A DNA stretch of 64,000 nt from Candidatus Woesebacteria bacterium GW2011_GWB1_33_38 (GTDB lineage Bacteria > Patescibacteriota > Microgenomatia > UBA8517), in NCBI GenBank assembly GCA_000990005.1, contig LBPF01000001.1, forward strand, positions 26,315 through 90,314. Direction: 5' to 3'. Below the pieces are notes generated by a model. The model saw only the letters and a program-made list of their open reading frames with translations. It ran no database searches and was not told the origin of the DNA. This document shows, piece after piece, positions 24,363 to 34,308 of the stretch. A program made the translations under genes and the position numbers. Numbering within the stretch: the stretch's first letter is position 1; every line of letters starts with the position of its first letter.

Positions 24363-24407
24363 ATCAGCATATAGTTAGTCTGAAGAAAACTAAAAAACCC
24401 ATGGAAT

Positions 24408-25562
24408 CTATAAAAATGGTGTCCAGTTTGCAATGGGCATGACATTTTGAGAGATGAAGGCCAAAGAATAAAGATAGATTGGAATAATTATTACAAGTAT
24501 TGCAATTTTAAACTCTTTCTTTAAAAGAGTATCTCTAAAAGCTATAAGTATGAATGGAACAATGGGGAGAGCGTATCTTAGTAAATCCCTGTGGGCTACA
24601 AATAAAAGTGAGGCAAAAAAAACTAATGTAAAGTAAAAATAAGTCTTCATTTTTTCTTGATATAGCTTGAAAAGCCCCAAAACTCCAATTGTATATATAA
24701 AAATTACTTCTTCTAACCAAAATGTTCCCACCCAAGGGGCAGAATAGTTAAATATTTGGAAAGGAGGGAAGAAAAGATGAATATTGTCTCCTGACTTAAA
24801 ATAAGTAAAAAAATCTCCGTACCTTATACCATAAATTGAGAAAACTGCAAGTAAGCCTAAAGGAATAAGTAGTATCGGCAAATATTTTTGACTACGAAGT
24901 AGTAAGCTTTGCTTATTATCAATCCGTTTAAAACTACGTAAATGTGGAATCGTAATCTGTAAACAGTATGCAATAAACAAAAGAACTGCTGGAGATTTGG
25001 TCATGGTAGCAAAAAAACCAGCAATACTTGCATATAAATATTTCTTTTTACTAAAAAAGTAAGTTGAAGCAAGAATTAAAGCCACAAAAAGGGGTTCAGG
25101 TGATCCAACACTTCTGACAATTAACCATCTAGCAGGAAAGAATGAAAATATGGCAGTCAAAAAAAAGGCATTTTCTTTTGTAAGATATTTTTTTGCATGT
25201 TGGTAGAAAAAATATAATGCAAATATTGAAGATACTGAGGTTACAAAAAGCATTGAATATGGATATCCAAAGATGTGCGCAAAAAGTTTTATAAGTAGAG
25301 GAAATAATGGAAAATGTGCTGAATAGTATTCATTTGATAATGGAAACTGATAGTTTGATCCTAATTCTTCTGGATTGTAAAATGTTTTAGCAACTGCTAA
25401 GTATAATGGTCCATCAAAATTGGCAACTATTGTGGCCATGCCCTGCTGTGGTAGCGGTATAGTCCAAAATGTTTTAAAACGAAGTAGAAAAGGAGTCCAG
25501 ATTAGTAAAACTGGGATCAAACTTAAAAGTATAATTGGGATCAAGCCTTTAATCTTAGCCAT
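24408..25562 (-). CDS. Polytopic membrane protein (about 11 TM), putative GT-C-fold glycosyltransferase
   Basis: It is hydrophobic throughout and lies in the glycosylation locus. The extracytoplasmic-loop motif (FDGPLYLAVAKTFYNPEE) is typical of GT-C/DUF2029-like proteins. Confidence 0.5.
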   Translation of the reverse strand: MAKIKGLIPIILLSLIPVLLIWTPFLLRFKTFWTIPLPQQGMATIVANFDGPLYLAVAKTFYNPEELGSNYQFPLSNEYYSAHFPLFPLLIKLFAHIFGYPYSMLFVTSVSSIFALYFFYQHAKKYLTKENAFFLTAIFSFFPARWLIVRSVGSPEPLFVALILASTYFFSKKKYLYASIAGFFATMTKSPAVLLFIAYCLQITIPHLRSFKRIDNKQSLLLRSQKYLPILLIPLGLLAVFSIYGIRYGDFFTYFKSGDNIHLFFPPFQIFNYSAPWVGTFWLEEVIFIYTIGVLGLFKLYQEKMKTYFYFTLVFFASLLFVAHRDLLRYALPIVPFILIAFRDTLLKKEFKIAILVIIIPIYLYSLAFISQNVMPIANWTPFL

Positions 25563-25583
25563 TAGTTTGATAATATCATAAAT

Positions 25584-26288
25584 ATGGTCATAGATTCTCT
25601 ATCGGTTTTTTTTCCTACTTATAATGAAGAGGGAAATATCAAAAATACAGTTATTAAAGCCAAGAATGTGCTTTTAAAAAATGTTCATGACTGGGAAATA
25701 CTTATTGTTAATGACGGTTCCACAGACAAAACAAAAGAAATTGCTGATAAATTAGGAACAGAAGATACAAGGATTAGAGTGATAAATCACGAACATAACA
25801 GAGGTTATGGGGCAAGTTTAAAGTCTGGTTTTTATAACAGTAAATATCCCTGGATTGCCTTTACTGATTCAGATGGGCAATTTGATTTCAGTGAAATAGT
25901 TAGTTTCTTTCAAAAACAAAAAGCAACTAACGCAGATTTGGTAATTGGCTACTACAAAAAAAGAAAGGTGAGTAAATTTAAAATAATAACATCAAGAATG
26001 TGGGAAATTTCTGTTATGATTCTTTTTGGCCTACATGTTTATGACATCGATTGCGGATTTAAACTTGTTAGAAAAGAGGTAATTGAAAAAATTCCAAAAT
26101 TAGAAAGCGAAAGGGGGGCATTTATTTCTTCTGAATTATTAATCAAAGCCAAGAAAAAGGGATTTAAAATCGTTGAAATTCCTGTAACCCATTTACCGAG
26201 AATTGTTGGTCGCGGAACTGGTAGAAATATTAAAGTGATATTACAAAGTTTTGTTGATTTATTTAAGCTCTGGAGGAAATTAAAGTGA
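25584..26288 (+). CDS. GT2 family glycosyltransferase (DPM1/dolichyl-phosphate glucosyltransferase-like)
   Basis: The GT2 signatures FFPTYNEEGNI, NDGSTDKT and DSDGQ are present. Confidence 0.75.
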   Translation: MVIDSLSVFFPTYNEEGNIKNTVIKAKNVLLKNVHDWEILIVNDGSTDKTKEIADKLGTEDTRIRVINHEHNRGYGASLKSGFYNSKYPWIAFTDSDGQFDFSEIVSFFQKQKATNADLVIGYYKKRKVSKFKIITSRMWEISVMILFGLHVYDIDCGFKLVRKEVIEKIPKLESERGAFISSELLIKAKKKGFKIVEIPVTHLPRIVGRGTGRNIKVILQSFVDLFKLWRKLK

Positions 26289-27736
26289 ATTTTATTAAAA
26301 AAAACTGGATTTTAATTGCAATTTTATTAGTAGGCGCATTTCTTAGGCTTTATAAAATTGATTCGTACATGACCTTTTTAGGAGACGAGGGAAGGGACGT
26401 TATAATTGTTAGAAATTTACTAGTTAATGTTGATCCAATTTTAATTGGTCCAGGTACTTCAGTTGGAGGAATGTATTTAGGTCCACTTTATTATTACTTC
26501 ATGGCACCCTTTTTATTATTAGCAAATTTTTCTCCAGTTGGTCCTGCTATTGGTGTTGCCTTACTTGGCGTTGCAACAATTTATCTAGTTTATAAAGCAG
26601 GACGTGATTGGTTTTCTGAAAAAACAGGATTGTTTACAGCGATATTGTACGCAATTTCACCTACAGTAATTACTTTTTCTCATTCATCTTGGAATCCAAA
26701 CATTATGCCTTTTTTTGCACTTTTATCGGTGTATTCAATCTGGAAGGTTTGGAAATTAAAGCAATTTAAATGGCTTTTGATCTGTTCTGTCTCATATGCA
26801 TTTGTGCTTCAGTCTCACTATTTAGGATTACTTCTTGGACCTATCTTGTTGATATATTGGTTTTTAGCAAAAGTTCCACTTAAATACAATCTAATTCCAT
26901 TATTTGTATTTTTATTTCTAATGTCCCCGTTAGTAATTTTTGACTTTCGTCATGATTTTATGAATAGTAAGGCACTTTATAAGTTTATAACAGTTAGAGA
27001 GGAAACGGTATCAATCAAACCTTGGACAGTAATTCCTAGGCTTTTCCCTATTTTTGAACAAATCAATGAAAGTCTTTTAATTGCTAAGAATATAATTTTT
27101 GGTAAAATAATTACTTTGTTACTATCGTCTTTTCTTATTTTTTCTTTTTTTAAAAATAAAAAACTATTCACTAATCAATATTCACTAATCACTTTGTGGT
27201 TATTGGTAGGATTGGTTGGTTTTGGAATTTATAAACAGCCTGTTTATGATCACTATTTTGGTTTTTTATTTCCTGTACCGTTTTTATTTACTGGAGCTTT
27301 TTTGTCAAAAATATACGAAAGTAAATACAAAATATTTTCTGTTTTAATGTTGGGATATTTAGTTTCAATTAACTTAATTAATTCACCAATTAGGAACTAT
27401 CCCAATAATCAGATGCAGAGAGCAAAAAATGTCTCAACTAAAGTTCTTGAGATTGCTCAAGGTAACCCGTTTAATTTGGCAGTTTTGGCTGAAAGAAATT
27501 ATGAAGACGGTTATAGGTATTTTATGGAACTTAGTGGTGCACAAGTTATGCATGCGGACAGATGGGATCAAAAAACCATAGTTGATAATTTAATTGTTAT
27601 TTGTGAGATGCCTCAAGAAAAATGTGATCCGACACATTCACCAAAAGCTGAAGTTGCCAACTTTGGTTGGAGTAAAATCGAGAATCAATGGACTGTCGAC
27701 GGTGTTATAATATATAAATTGATACACACCCAATGA
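26285..27736 (+). CDS. GT-C-fold membrane glycosyltransferase (ArnT/PMT-like), paralog family A
   Basis: About 11 TM helices and a first-loop motif (LRLYKIDSYMTFLGDEGRD...GPGTSVGGMYLGPLYYY) are present. It is paralogous to the genes at 28703 and 30802. It contains a degenerate heptamer repeat at 27164-27191. Confidence 0.6.
   Translation: MNFIKKNWILIAILLVGAFLRLYKIDSYMTFLGDEGRDVIIVRNLLVNVDPILIGPGTSVGGMYLGPLYYYFMAPFLLLANFSPVGPAIGVALLGVATIYLVYKAGRDWFSEKTGLFTAILYAISPTVITFSHSSWNPNIMPFFALLSVYSIWKVWKLKQFKWLLICSVSYAFVLQSHYLGLLLGPILLIYWFLAKVPLKYNLIPLFVFLFLMSPLVIFDFRHDFMNSKALYKFITVREETVSIKPWTVIPRLFPIFEQINESLLIAKNIIFGKIITLLLSSFLIFSFFKNKKLFTNQYSLITLWLLVGLVGFGIYKQPVYDHYFGFLFPVPFLFTGAFLSKIYESKYKIFSVLMLGYLVSINLINSPIRNYPNNQMQRAKNVSTKVLEIAQGNPFNLAVLAERNYEDGYRYFMELSGAQVMHADRWDQKTIVDNLIVICEMPQEKCDPTHSPKAEVANFGWSKIENQWTVDGVIIYKLIHTQ
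27164..27191 (+). repeat. Degenerate heptanucleotide tandem repeat CTATTCA CTAATCA ATATTCA CTAATCA
   Basis: It lies in-frame inside the GT-C gene and encodes ..LFTNQYSLITLW. Confidence 0.7.
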
Positions 27737-28722
27737 ATTATCCTGAATCACAATTAATTTTAGAGGAAATTAAAAAGGCAAACAAAATACTTTTGAATTG
27801 CCATAGGGGCCCAGACTCAGATACTGTAGGAAGCGCTTTATCCATGGCGGAAATACTTAGAAATATGGGTAAAGAAATAGAAATAATCTGTCCCAGTAAT
27901 ATTCCAGAAGATTTGTTCTTTTTGGAAGGAAGTAAAGATATTAAAAAAGTTGATTTTAAAACTTTTGATTTTTCGGCATTTGATCTATTTATTGTCATGG
28001 ATTCCTCAACTTATGGTATGGTGGCTAACTCAAAAGAGATTGATAAACCTAATACTAAAATTATTGTGATAGATCATCATCATACGAATGAAGGTTTTGG
28101 CAGTATTAATTTGATTGATAGTAAAATTACTTCAACATCAGAACTGCTTTATAAAATATTTTTTGATTGGAGTGTAACTTTAAATCAAAAGGTTGCAACT
28201 TGTTTATTGACGGGAATTATTGGGGATACTGGAGCATTCCAATATGGAGGAGTTGGCAAATCAACCTTGTTGATAGCGGGTGAGTTAATTGATTTAGGGG
28301 CGGATAAAGATGAAATTATTTACAATATTTACAGAAGTATTAATTTCAAGACAATAAAGTTTTGGGGCAAAGTTATTGAAATGATGCAAATTGATGAAAA
28401 AAGTCATTTTGTATGGTCAGCTATACCATTATCGATATATGAAGAATATGGTAAAGACTCTTCAGCCAAAGAAGATGGCGCTAATTTATTTTTCCCAGTA
28501 GTTAAAAACACTGATTTTGGCGTCATCATGGTCGAAACAGATAAAGACATTTTATCTATAAGTTTCAGATCAAGAAAAGATTTTGATGTTTCAAAAATAG
28601 CTGAAGAGGTTGGCGGAGGTGGACACAAGCCGGCAGCGGGAGCAAAAGTTGAAAATCGTTTTGATGAAGCTGTTGAGAAAGTTTTATCTGCTTGCAGAAA
28701 ATATGCTAATAAAAAAGTATAA
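27733..28722 (+). CDS. nrnA: DHH/DHHA1 phosphoesterase (NrnA-like oligoribonuclease/pAp phosphatase)
   Basis: The DHH (IDHHHTNE), GDTG and GGGH motifs are present. Confidence 0.75.
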   Translation: MNYPESQLILEEIKKANKILLNCHRGPDSDTVGSALSMAEILRNMGKEIEIICPSNIPEDLFFLEGSKDIKKVDFKTFDFSAFDLFIVMDSSTYGMVANSKEIDKPNTKIIVIDHHHTNEGFGSINLIDSKITSTSELLYKIFFDWSVTLNQKVATCLLTGIIGDTGAFQYGGVGKSTLLIAGELIDLGADKDEIIYNIYRSINFKTIKFWGKVIEMMQIDEKSHFVWSAIPLSIYEEYGKDSSAKEDGANLFFPVVKNTDFGVIMVETDKDILSISFRSRKDFDVSKIAEEVGGGGHKPAAGAKVENRFDEAVEKVLSACRKYANKKV

Positions 28723-29533
28723 GCAAAGCTTGCTACTTCGTAGTAGAAATTTTTTTACCCCCTGGAATTTATTGATTTTAATAATTTTACTCCTTGCCTT
28801 TATCTTAAGAATTTATAAAATTGGAGAAACTCTTGATTTCCATTATGATCAAGGAAGAGACGCATTAGTTATTTGGGAATTATGGCATAGAGACAAATTA
28901 TTTTTAATTGGACCAGTTACAGGACTTGAGGGAGTTTTTTTAGGTCCACTTTATTATTATTTAATTGCCCCCTTTTATTTAATTAGTGGTGGAAATCCTG
29001 TTATCCCATCTATTTTTTTATCTTTTTTAACTGTTTTATCTTTACTTATTTTATATTTAACTGGCGTTGAACTTGGCGGAAAAGTAACTGGATTTATAGC
29101 CTTAATAATTGGTTCATTTTCAAACTATATTATTTTTTCTAACAGATGGCTTAGTAATCCTACACCTATATATTTAACTTCAATATTAATTTTTTATGTT
29201 ATGATTTTAATTTTAAAAAGACATAAATTTTACTATTGGTACTTCATTTACTTACTAGTTGGTATATCACTGCATTTTGAACTAGCTAGTGCGATCTTTT
29301 ATTTGCCTATCCTTCTTTTTTTTACAATTTGGCAAAAACCTAAATTAAAAATATTTATACTTTCTGCATTTTTCTTGTTTTTGACTTTAATACCTCAAAT
29401 TTTGTTTAATTTTAAACACGAAAATATTTTATTTAACAATATAATCAAAAACTTAGATCAAAATAATTTTGTTGAAATTAATTATTTGGCAAGATTAGAA
29501 AATATATGGAAAATAATCGTTGGGATATTTTGA
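28703..29533 (+). CDS. GT-C-fold glycosyltransferase paralog (family A), N-terminal portion; apparently interrupted by a frameshift near 29506-29533
   Basis: The motif RIYKIGETLDFHYDQGRD...GPVTGLEGVFLGPLYYY parallels the gene at 26285. The ORF stops after about 277 aa, and the expected C-terminal part continues in another frame. Confidence 0.45.
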   Translation: MLIKKYKQSLLLRSRNFFTPWNLLILIILLLAFILRIYKIGETLDFHYDQGRDALVIWELWHRDKLFLIGPVTGLEGVFLGPLYYYLIAPFYLISGGNPVIPSIFLSFLTVLSLLILYLTGVELGGKVTGFIALIIGSFSNYIIFSNRWLSNPTPIYLTSILIFYVMILILKRHKFYYWYFIYLLVGISLHFELASAIFYLPILLFFTIWQKPKLKIFILSAFFLFLTLIPQILFNFKHENILFNNIIKNLDQNNFVEINYLARLENIWKIIVGIF

Positions 29534-30066
29534 TACTATTTTTATTATTTTTAGGAATTCCATTAATTTGTTATACTTTCTATTCGGGTAACAATGGTAA
29601 TTTGTATGGTTATTATTTGACCGGATTTTATTTACCCATAATTTTAGGGATTTCGTTAATTGTCGCGCGTTTTTGGAAACTTACAATTTTTTTAATTGTT
29701 ATATTTTTATTTTTTAACTTAAAGCAAACTACTTATAAATTCAATAATCCAGATCAAATTAACTTTTCAAACCAGCTCAAAGCAGTTGAATGGATTAAAA
29801 ATGATGGTGGAAATGAAAAGTTTAATATTGATGTTTATGTGCCACCAGTTATTCCTTATTCATATGAGTATTTATTTAAATGGATGGATATTAAACAAGA
29901 TGAAAATAAAGTTTCTTTACTCTATACTTTATATGAAATTGATTCACCTCATCCTGAAAGACTTGTGGTCTGGCTTGAACGGCAAAAAAGAATAGGAAAA
30001 GTTATGGAAAAAGTACAGTTTGGTGGAATTACGGTAGAAAGAAGAGAAAGAATATTATATGAATAA
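29506..30066 (+). CDS. C-terminal portion of the frameshifted GT-C paralog (TM helices plus soluble C-terminal domain)
   Basis: It overlaps the previous ORF by 28 nt in a different frame. The C-terminal domain pattern (FNIDVYVPPVIPYSYEYLFKWMD) parallels the paralogs at 26285 (FNLAVLAERNYEDGYRYFMEL) and 30802. Confidence 0.4.
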   Translation: MENNRWDILILFLLFLGIPLICYTFYSGNNGNLYGYYLTGFYLPIILGISLIVARFWKLTIFLIVIFLFFNLKQTTYKFNNPDQINFSNQLKAVEWIKNDGGNEKFNIDVYVPPVIPYSYEYLFKWMDIKQDENKVSLLYTLYEIDSPHPERLVVWLERQKRIGKVMEKVQFGGITVERRERILYE

Positions 30067-30805
30067 ATTATATTTAAGCATTGTTATACCCTCTTATAAT
30101 GAAGAAAACAATATAAGAACGGGATCACTTTCTGGTATGGTTGATTATCTCAAAGAACAAGACTATTCATGGGAAATATTGGTTGTTGATGATGGATCAA
30201 CGGACAAAACTGCTGAATTAGCTCTTAAATTTGCTGAAACTCACAAAAATATTAGAGTATTAAAAGAACCACATCGAGGTAAAGGTGGTACAGTTATTGC
30301 AGGAATGCTTAAAGCAATTGGTGAAATTGTTATTTTTGATGATATGGATCAAGCAACCCCCATAGATCAGTTAGAAAAGATATTACCTAAATTTAGAGAA
30401 AAATATGATGTTGTTATCGGGTCACGTGCTGGTAGAGAGGGAGCACCATTAATTCGAAAAACTATGGCTTTGGGCCTTTCAATTTTGCGAAATATTGTTT
30501 TACAACTTCCTTATAAAGATACTCAATGTGGATTTAAAGCTTTTACTAAGCCAGCTTCTGAGAAGATTTTTAAAAAATTGCAAATATTTAACAACAATCA
30601 AGCGCAGGCAGGAGCTTCGGTATCGGCAGGATTTGATCTGGAAATATTATATGTAGCTAGAAAACTAAAATTAAAAATTACTGAGGTTCCAGTTGTTTGG
30701 CACCATAAAGAGGGAACAAAAGTAAATCCGATCAAGGATTCATGGGAGGGACTAAGAGATTTATTAAAAATTAGAATAAATGCCATAAAGGGAATTTATA
30801 GGTGA
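30059..30805 (+). CDS. GT2 family glycosyltransferase
   Basis: The GT2 signatures IVIPSYNEENNI and VVDDGSTDKT are present. Confidence 0.8.
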   Translation: MNKLYLSIVIPSYNEENNIRTGSLSGMVDYLKEQDYSWEILVVDDGSTDKTAELALKFAETHKNIRVLKEPHRGKGGTVIAGMLKAIGEIVIFDDMDQATPIDQLEKILPKFREKYDVVIGSRAGREGAPLIRKTMALGLSILRNIVLQLPYKDTQCGFKAFTKPASEKIFKKLQIFNNNQAQAGASVSAGFDLEILYVARKLKLKITEVPVVWHHKEGTKVNPIKDSWEGLRDLLKIRINAIKGIYR

Positions 30806-32175
30806 AAAAATATTTAAAATATTTTCTAGTTATATCATTATTAGTTTTTGGCTTGTTCTTGCGAATTTATAAACTTCAGGAAAGAACTTTATTTGACGCG
30901 GATCAAGAATGGCTGGCAACTCGTGCAGATAAAATTGTAAAAGGAGACTTTGCACTTTTGGGTCAAGTCACGTCAGTTGGTAATTTTTCTATAGGTCCAG
31001 GGTATATCTATCTTGTAAGTTTTACTTCATTACTGATGGATAATAATCCAATTTCAGGTGCAGTTTTAAGTGTTATTTTAGGTGTTATAACCTTATTTTT
31101 AATTTATTTATTTGCTGACAGATTTATTGACAATAAAACTTCAATTATTTTACTTCTTTTAACAGTAACCTCGTTTAACTTAATTACGTGGGACCAAACG
31201 CCTTGGGCGCCTTCCCTTTTTTTTATTGCTCAGATAATACTTCTAACAGGTGCATACCTTTCTCAAAAAAATCAAATAGGTTATTTAGTTATGTCGCTTG
31301 GTTTTATTTTAGGTTTTCAATCACATTTTGGGATAGTCTTAAGTCTATTTTCTATTTTAACTTATTTTATATTTGCAAATCCTGTTCGACCAAAGATGTT
31401 AACAATCGTTTACACAAGCCTAATTGTGATAATTGGATTGTCCTCAAATATAGTTTTTGACGTAGCGCATAACTTTAGTAACTTTAATAAACTTGCCGGG
31501 ATTTTTAAAGGCGACAGCCTAGATTATTTTCTAGGATTTGGGAAAATTATTAATATTTTGTCCAATAATATTGTTCCAACTTTATATCCCAGGAATGTTA
31601 ATATTCTTGACAATATAATTGTCAAAGGTATATTTGCTCTGATATTGGTCAATTGCATTAGTTTTTTAAGAGATAAAAATAAAAATAAACTTTCACTTCT
31701 TCTTTTAATTACTACTGCCTTTCCATCACTCTTTTTCTTTATTCAACAGGGAAAATTTTCAGAATATTATTTACTGATGACTGTACCATCTTTATTGTTT
31801 ATGTTAGCCTTTTTCTTAAAAACATTATCGAAACAAAAGGCTATATTTATATTTGTTTTAATAGTAGCTACTTATTTAAATTTGAAAGCTTGGTATGGTT
31901 ATAAAAAGAGTTGGAGCTTAAAATCAAAAACAGATATCGCTGAGTTTATTGTTGATAAGGTAGGTTATGAAAATTATGGAATTTCTCTAAGTACTAAACT
32001 TGGGGATGGTTTTGGATTTAAATATATTTTCGATTATTATGGAATTAAAGCCGATGTTCCTCCCAAAAAAGGAGAAACCAAAATATTTTCAATTATTATT
32101 CCAGATGGATTTGATGGAATGAAAGGATTAAAAACATTTGACGGCATCGGCCTCATCTGGCAAGGTTTTGACTAA
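30802..32175 (+). CDS. GT-C-fold membrane glycosyltransferase (ArnT-like), paralog family A
   Basis: The first-loop motif (RIYKLQERTLFDADQEW...GQVTSVGNFSIGPGYIY) is present and the protein is polytopic. Confidence 0.6.
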   Translation: MKKYLKYFLVISLLVFGLFLRIYKLQERTLFDADQEWLATRADKIVKGDFALLGQVTSVGNFSIGPGYIYLVSFTSLLMDNNPISGAVLSVILGVITLFLIYLFADRFIDNKTSIILLLLTVTSFNLITWDQTPWAPSLFFIAQIILLTGAYLSQKNQIGYLVMSLGFILGFQSHFGIVLSLFSILTYFIFANPVRPKMLTIVYTSLIVIIGLSSNIVFDVAHNFSNFNKLAGIFKGDSLDYFLGFGKIINILSNNIVPTLYPRNVNILDNIIVKGIFALILVNCISFLRDKNKNKLSLLLLITTAFPSLFFFIQQGKFSEYYLLMTVPSLLFMLAFFLKTLSKQKAIFIFVLIVATYLNLKAWYGYKKSWSLKSKTDIAEFIVDKVGYENYGISLSTKLGDGFGFKYIFDYYGIKADVPPKKGETKIFSIIIPDGFDGMKGLKTFDGIGLIWQGFD

Positions 32176-32232
32176 AGTGTTATATTTAACAAAGTGAAAA
32201 ATGCAATTTTGATAAATCTAATTAATGTTGGT

Positions 32233-32258
32233 GTATCACTGTACTAGTACAGTGATAC
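32233..32258. promoter_or_regulatory. Perfect 26-bp palindrome GTATCACTGTAC-TA-GTACAGTGATAC (type-B site with a TrpR-operator-like GTACTAGTAC core)
   Basis: It shares the outer GTATCA/TGATAC half-sites with the 26-bp palindrome family. It lies 25 bp upstream of another family member, ahead of the SGNH hydrolase gene. Confidence 0.5.
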
Positions 32259-32283
32259 AATTAATTTAAGAGCGTGGTTTCTG

Positions 32284-32308
32284 GATCAATGAATTGATTC
32301 ATTGATAC
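32284..32308. promoter_or_regulatory. Palindrome copy 3 (GATCAATGAAT-TG-ATTCATTGATAC; one base missing in the left arm)
   Basis: It sits immediately upstream (3 nt) of the SGNH hydrolase ORF. Confidence 0.5.
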
Positions 32309-32311
32309 AAG

Positions 32312-33055
32312 GTGAATAATTTAATAACAAAAAATGAAATGATTTTACTTGAAGATATAAAACAAAAATTAAATAACAATGGAAAATATTGGATTGCTTT
32401 TGTTGGAGACTCCATAACATCCTGTGAATGGGTACATCCAAACTGGAGAGAAATAGTCGAGTATGTATTACAAGAAGAAATGACCAAATTCATGGGAGAT
32501 TGGCAAAAATCTGAGTGGGGAATAAGGGGATTTAACCTTGCACTTGATGGTTCAACGACAAAAGACATATTGGACAGGGTTGATACTATTAAATTGATTA
32601 GTCCAGACCTAGTAATAGGTTTAATGGGTGGAAATGATCCTGTGTTGGGCATTGATGTACAAAGTAGCGTTGAAAATGTAATTAAGATTGTAAATAAATT
32701 AAACACACAGGTTGTATGGTGTAACTCAACCCCTGCGGGAGACGGTTCTAAAAAAAATAAAGAGTATGAACCTTATGCAAAAGCTTTTATGGATGTTCCT
32801 GGTCTACCTAACCTCCAAAAAATTGATATGTTTAGCATATACCAAAAGTTTTCGACAGAGAAGTTTTTCACTTTCATTTCTGAGGAAAATTCAGTTGAAG
32901 GTATTAAAGCAGGTGAGGTTGACCTACAACATCCAAATCAACTGGGAAATGCCTATATTGCCAAAGTTATTTTGAAAGAAGTTTTTAATATTGATTTTGA
33001 CCCTGAGTTGTATATTAAAACAACATTATCTGGTGAAAAGTTTCCAAAATACTAA
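32312..33055 (+). CDS. SGNH/GDSL-family hydrolase (putative esterase/acyl- or acetyl-transferase acting on glycans)
   Basis: A GDSIT block and downstream Gly and GGND-like blocks (MGGNDP) are present, along with D..H near the C-terminus (DLQHPN). Confidence 0.6.
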   Translation: MNNLITKNEMILLEDIKQKLNNNGKYWIAFVGDSITSCEWVHPNWREIVEYVLQEEMTKFMGDWQKSEWGIRGFNLALDGSTTKDILDRVDTIKLISPDLVIGLMGGNDPVLGIDVQSSVENVIKIVNKLNTQVVWCNSTPAGDGSKKNKEYEPYAKAFMDVPGLPNLQKIDMFSIYQKFSTEKFFTFISEENSVEGIKAGEVDLQHPNQLGNAYIAKVILKEVFNIDFDPELYIKTTLSGEKFPKY

Positions 33056-33059
33056 TCTG

Positions 33060-33086
33060 TTGACTTAGGTATTGATTCGGTATACT
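33060..33086 (+). promoter_or_regulatory. Promoter-like TTGACT, 15 nt, TATACT
   Basis: The hexamers are near-consensus but the spacer is short. It lies upstream of the small Cys protein and SDR genes. Confidence 0.3.
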
Positions 33087-33094
33087 GTTAATTA

Positions 33095-33355
33095 ATGGTT
33101 AAGAAAATAAAAGAATTCAGATTTTGTTACCACGATTATAAAAAAGCTATACCAGTTGGAAAAATTGACCATATGTGCCCAAAATGCTTAAAAATTTTAG
33201 ATCCTGGAGAATGGTTTTTGATGACGAATTTCGATGTAGTTGATGTTTCATCTGAAGAAACCAAGAGAGAATTGCGAAAGAAAGATAGAGAAACAAGTAG
33301 AAAAGTTATTAGTAAGTACAAATTTAGCCCAAAAAGTATTAAACTAATTAAATAA
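33095..33355 (+). CDS. Small Cys-containing protein (CYHDY...CPKC), hypothetical
   Basis: It is an 86-aa ORF with Cys spacing consistent with a zinc ribbon. The family is unknown. Confidence 0.35.
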   Translation: MVKKIKEFRFCYHDYKKAIPVGKIDHMCPKCLKILDPGEWFLMTNFDVVDVSSEETKRELRKKDRETSRKVISKYKFSPKSIKLIK

Positions 33356-34092
33356 TGAAAAAACAGAAAATCGTTGTTGTAACAGGGGCAAGTTATGGAT
33401 TAGGTAAGTCTTTATCTGGCAGATTTCTTTTAAACGGCTATAAAGTGTATGGCATTTCACGAACTAATCCGAATATTAATGATAATAACTTTATTTGGGT
33501 TAACGTAGATTTATTAAAGTCAGAAAGTTTTGAATTAATCAAAAATTCAATTTCAGAATCAAAAATTGATATATTAATTAATAATGCAGGGGTTGTGTTT
33601 GCTGAAAAATCTTTAGACTTTACTGAAGAAACTTTTAATAAAACATTTGGTATTAATTTGATCGCTCCTATAAAATTAACATCATTATTAAAACAGAAGC
33701 TTCAAGGAGGGGTAGTAGTAAATATTTCGTCGACTTCGGATCGATTTGCAGAAGATGGTTTGGGGATGTATTGTTCTTCAAAAGTAGCCATTGATATTTA
33801 TTTTGATTCTGTTGCTATAGAAAACAAAGATATCAAAGTATTAACAATTTTACCCGTTTATGTTGATACACCAATGCTAAAGGACATAGCAGCTAAATTA
33901 GGATTTACAACAGATGACGCGGTAGATCCATTAAAGGTTGCAGAGGCAATTGAAAAGATAATTACTGATCAGAAATTAGAATCTGGCTCAAGAATAATGA
34001 TTTTGACTAACAAATCAATGAATGAAATAATAAATTCTGAAAGACTTTATTATTATAATATTGATACAAAAGAGTTTAAAAAAGTGAAATGA
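33355..34092 (+). CDS. Short-chain dehydrogenase/reductase (SDR) family oxidoreductase
   Basis: The TGASYGLG cofactor motif and YxxxK (YCSSK) are present. Confidence 0.7.
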   Translation: MKKQKIVVVTGASYGLGKSLSGRFLLNGYKVYGISRTNPNINDNNFIWVNVDLLKSESFELIKNSISESKIDILINNAGVVFAEKSLDFTEETFNKTFGINLIAPIKLTSLLKQKLQGGVVVNISSTSDRFAEDGLGMYCSSKVAIDIYFDSVAIENKDIKVLTILPVYVDTPMLKDIAAKLGFTTDDAVDPLKVAEAIEKIITDQKLESGSRIMILTNKSMNEIINSERLYYYNIDTKEFKKVK

Positions 34093-34128
34093 TTTTGTTT
34101 TTATTGACACTTATGTAATAATGTAAGT

Positions 34129-34308
34129 ATGAATAATAAAGCAAAGCCAGAAAAGATAAATAGCGTCTTTAAGTTAGGTGGCAGGAAAGTTTCTGTCAAA
34201 GATTTTAGTGGTTTTAATGAAAGGACTGTTAAAGATTTTGAAAAAGCGTTGAGAATATTATCCGTGAAAAAAGTTTTCCCTCAGCCAAACTTTATAATAA
34301 ATGAGTGA
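34129..34308 (+). CDS. Small hypothetical protein (59 aa), possible antitoxin partner of the downstream gene
   Basis: It overlaps the downstream ORF by 8 nt (ATGAGTGA) and is preceded by a TTGACA box. It was not in the ORF track. Confidence 0.3.
   Translation: MNNKAKPEKINSVFKLGGRKVSVKDFSGFNERTVKDFEKALRILSVKKVFPQPNFIINE

Noticed and set aside
24209-24442. 77-aa + strand ORF between the GT2-GtrA gene and the minus-strand membrane protein gene
   Set aside because: I recognise no features in it. It overlaps the equally doubtful minus-strand zinc-ribbon ORF and the 3' end of gene 24408-25562.
29786-29995. 69-aa alternative-frame ORF, plus similar short internal ORFs (31188-31460, 45876-46100, 47297-47512, 50451-50648, 57515-57700)
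   Set aside because: They are nested in alternative frames of longer, family-supported genes.
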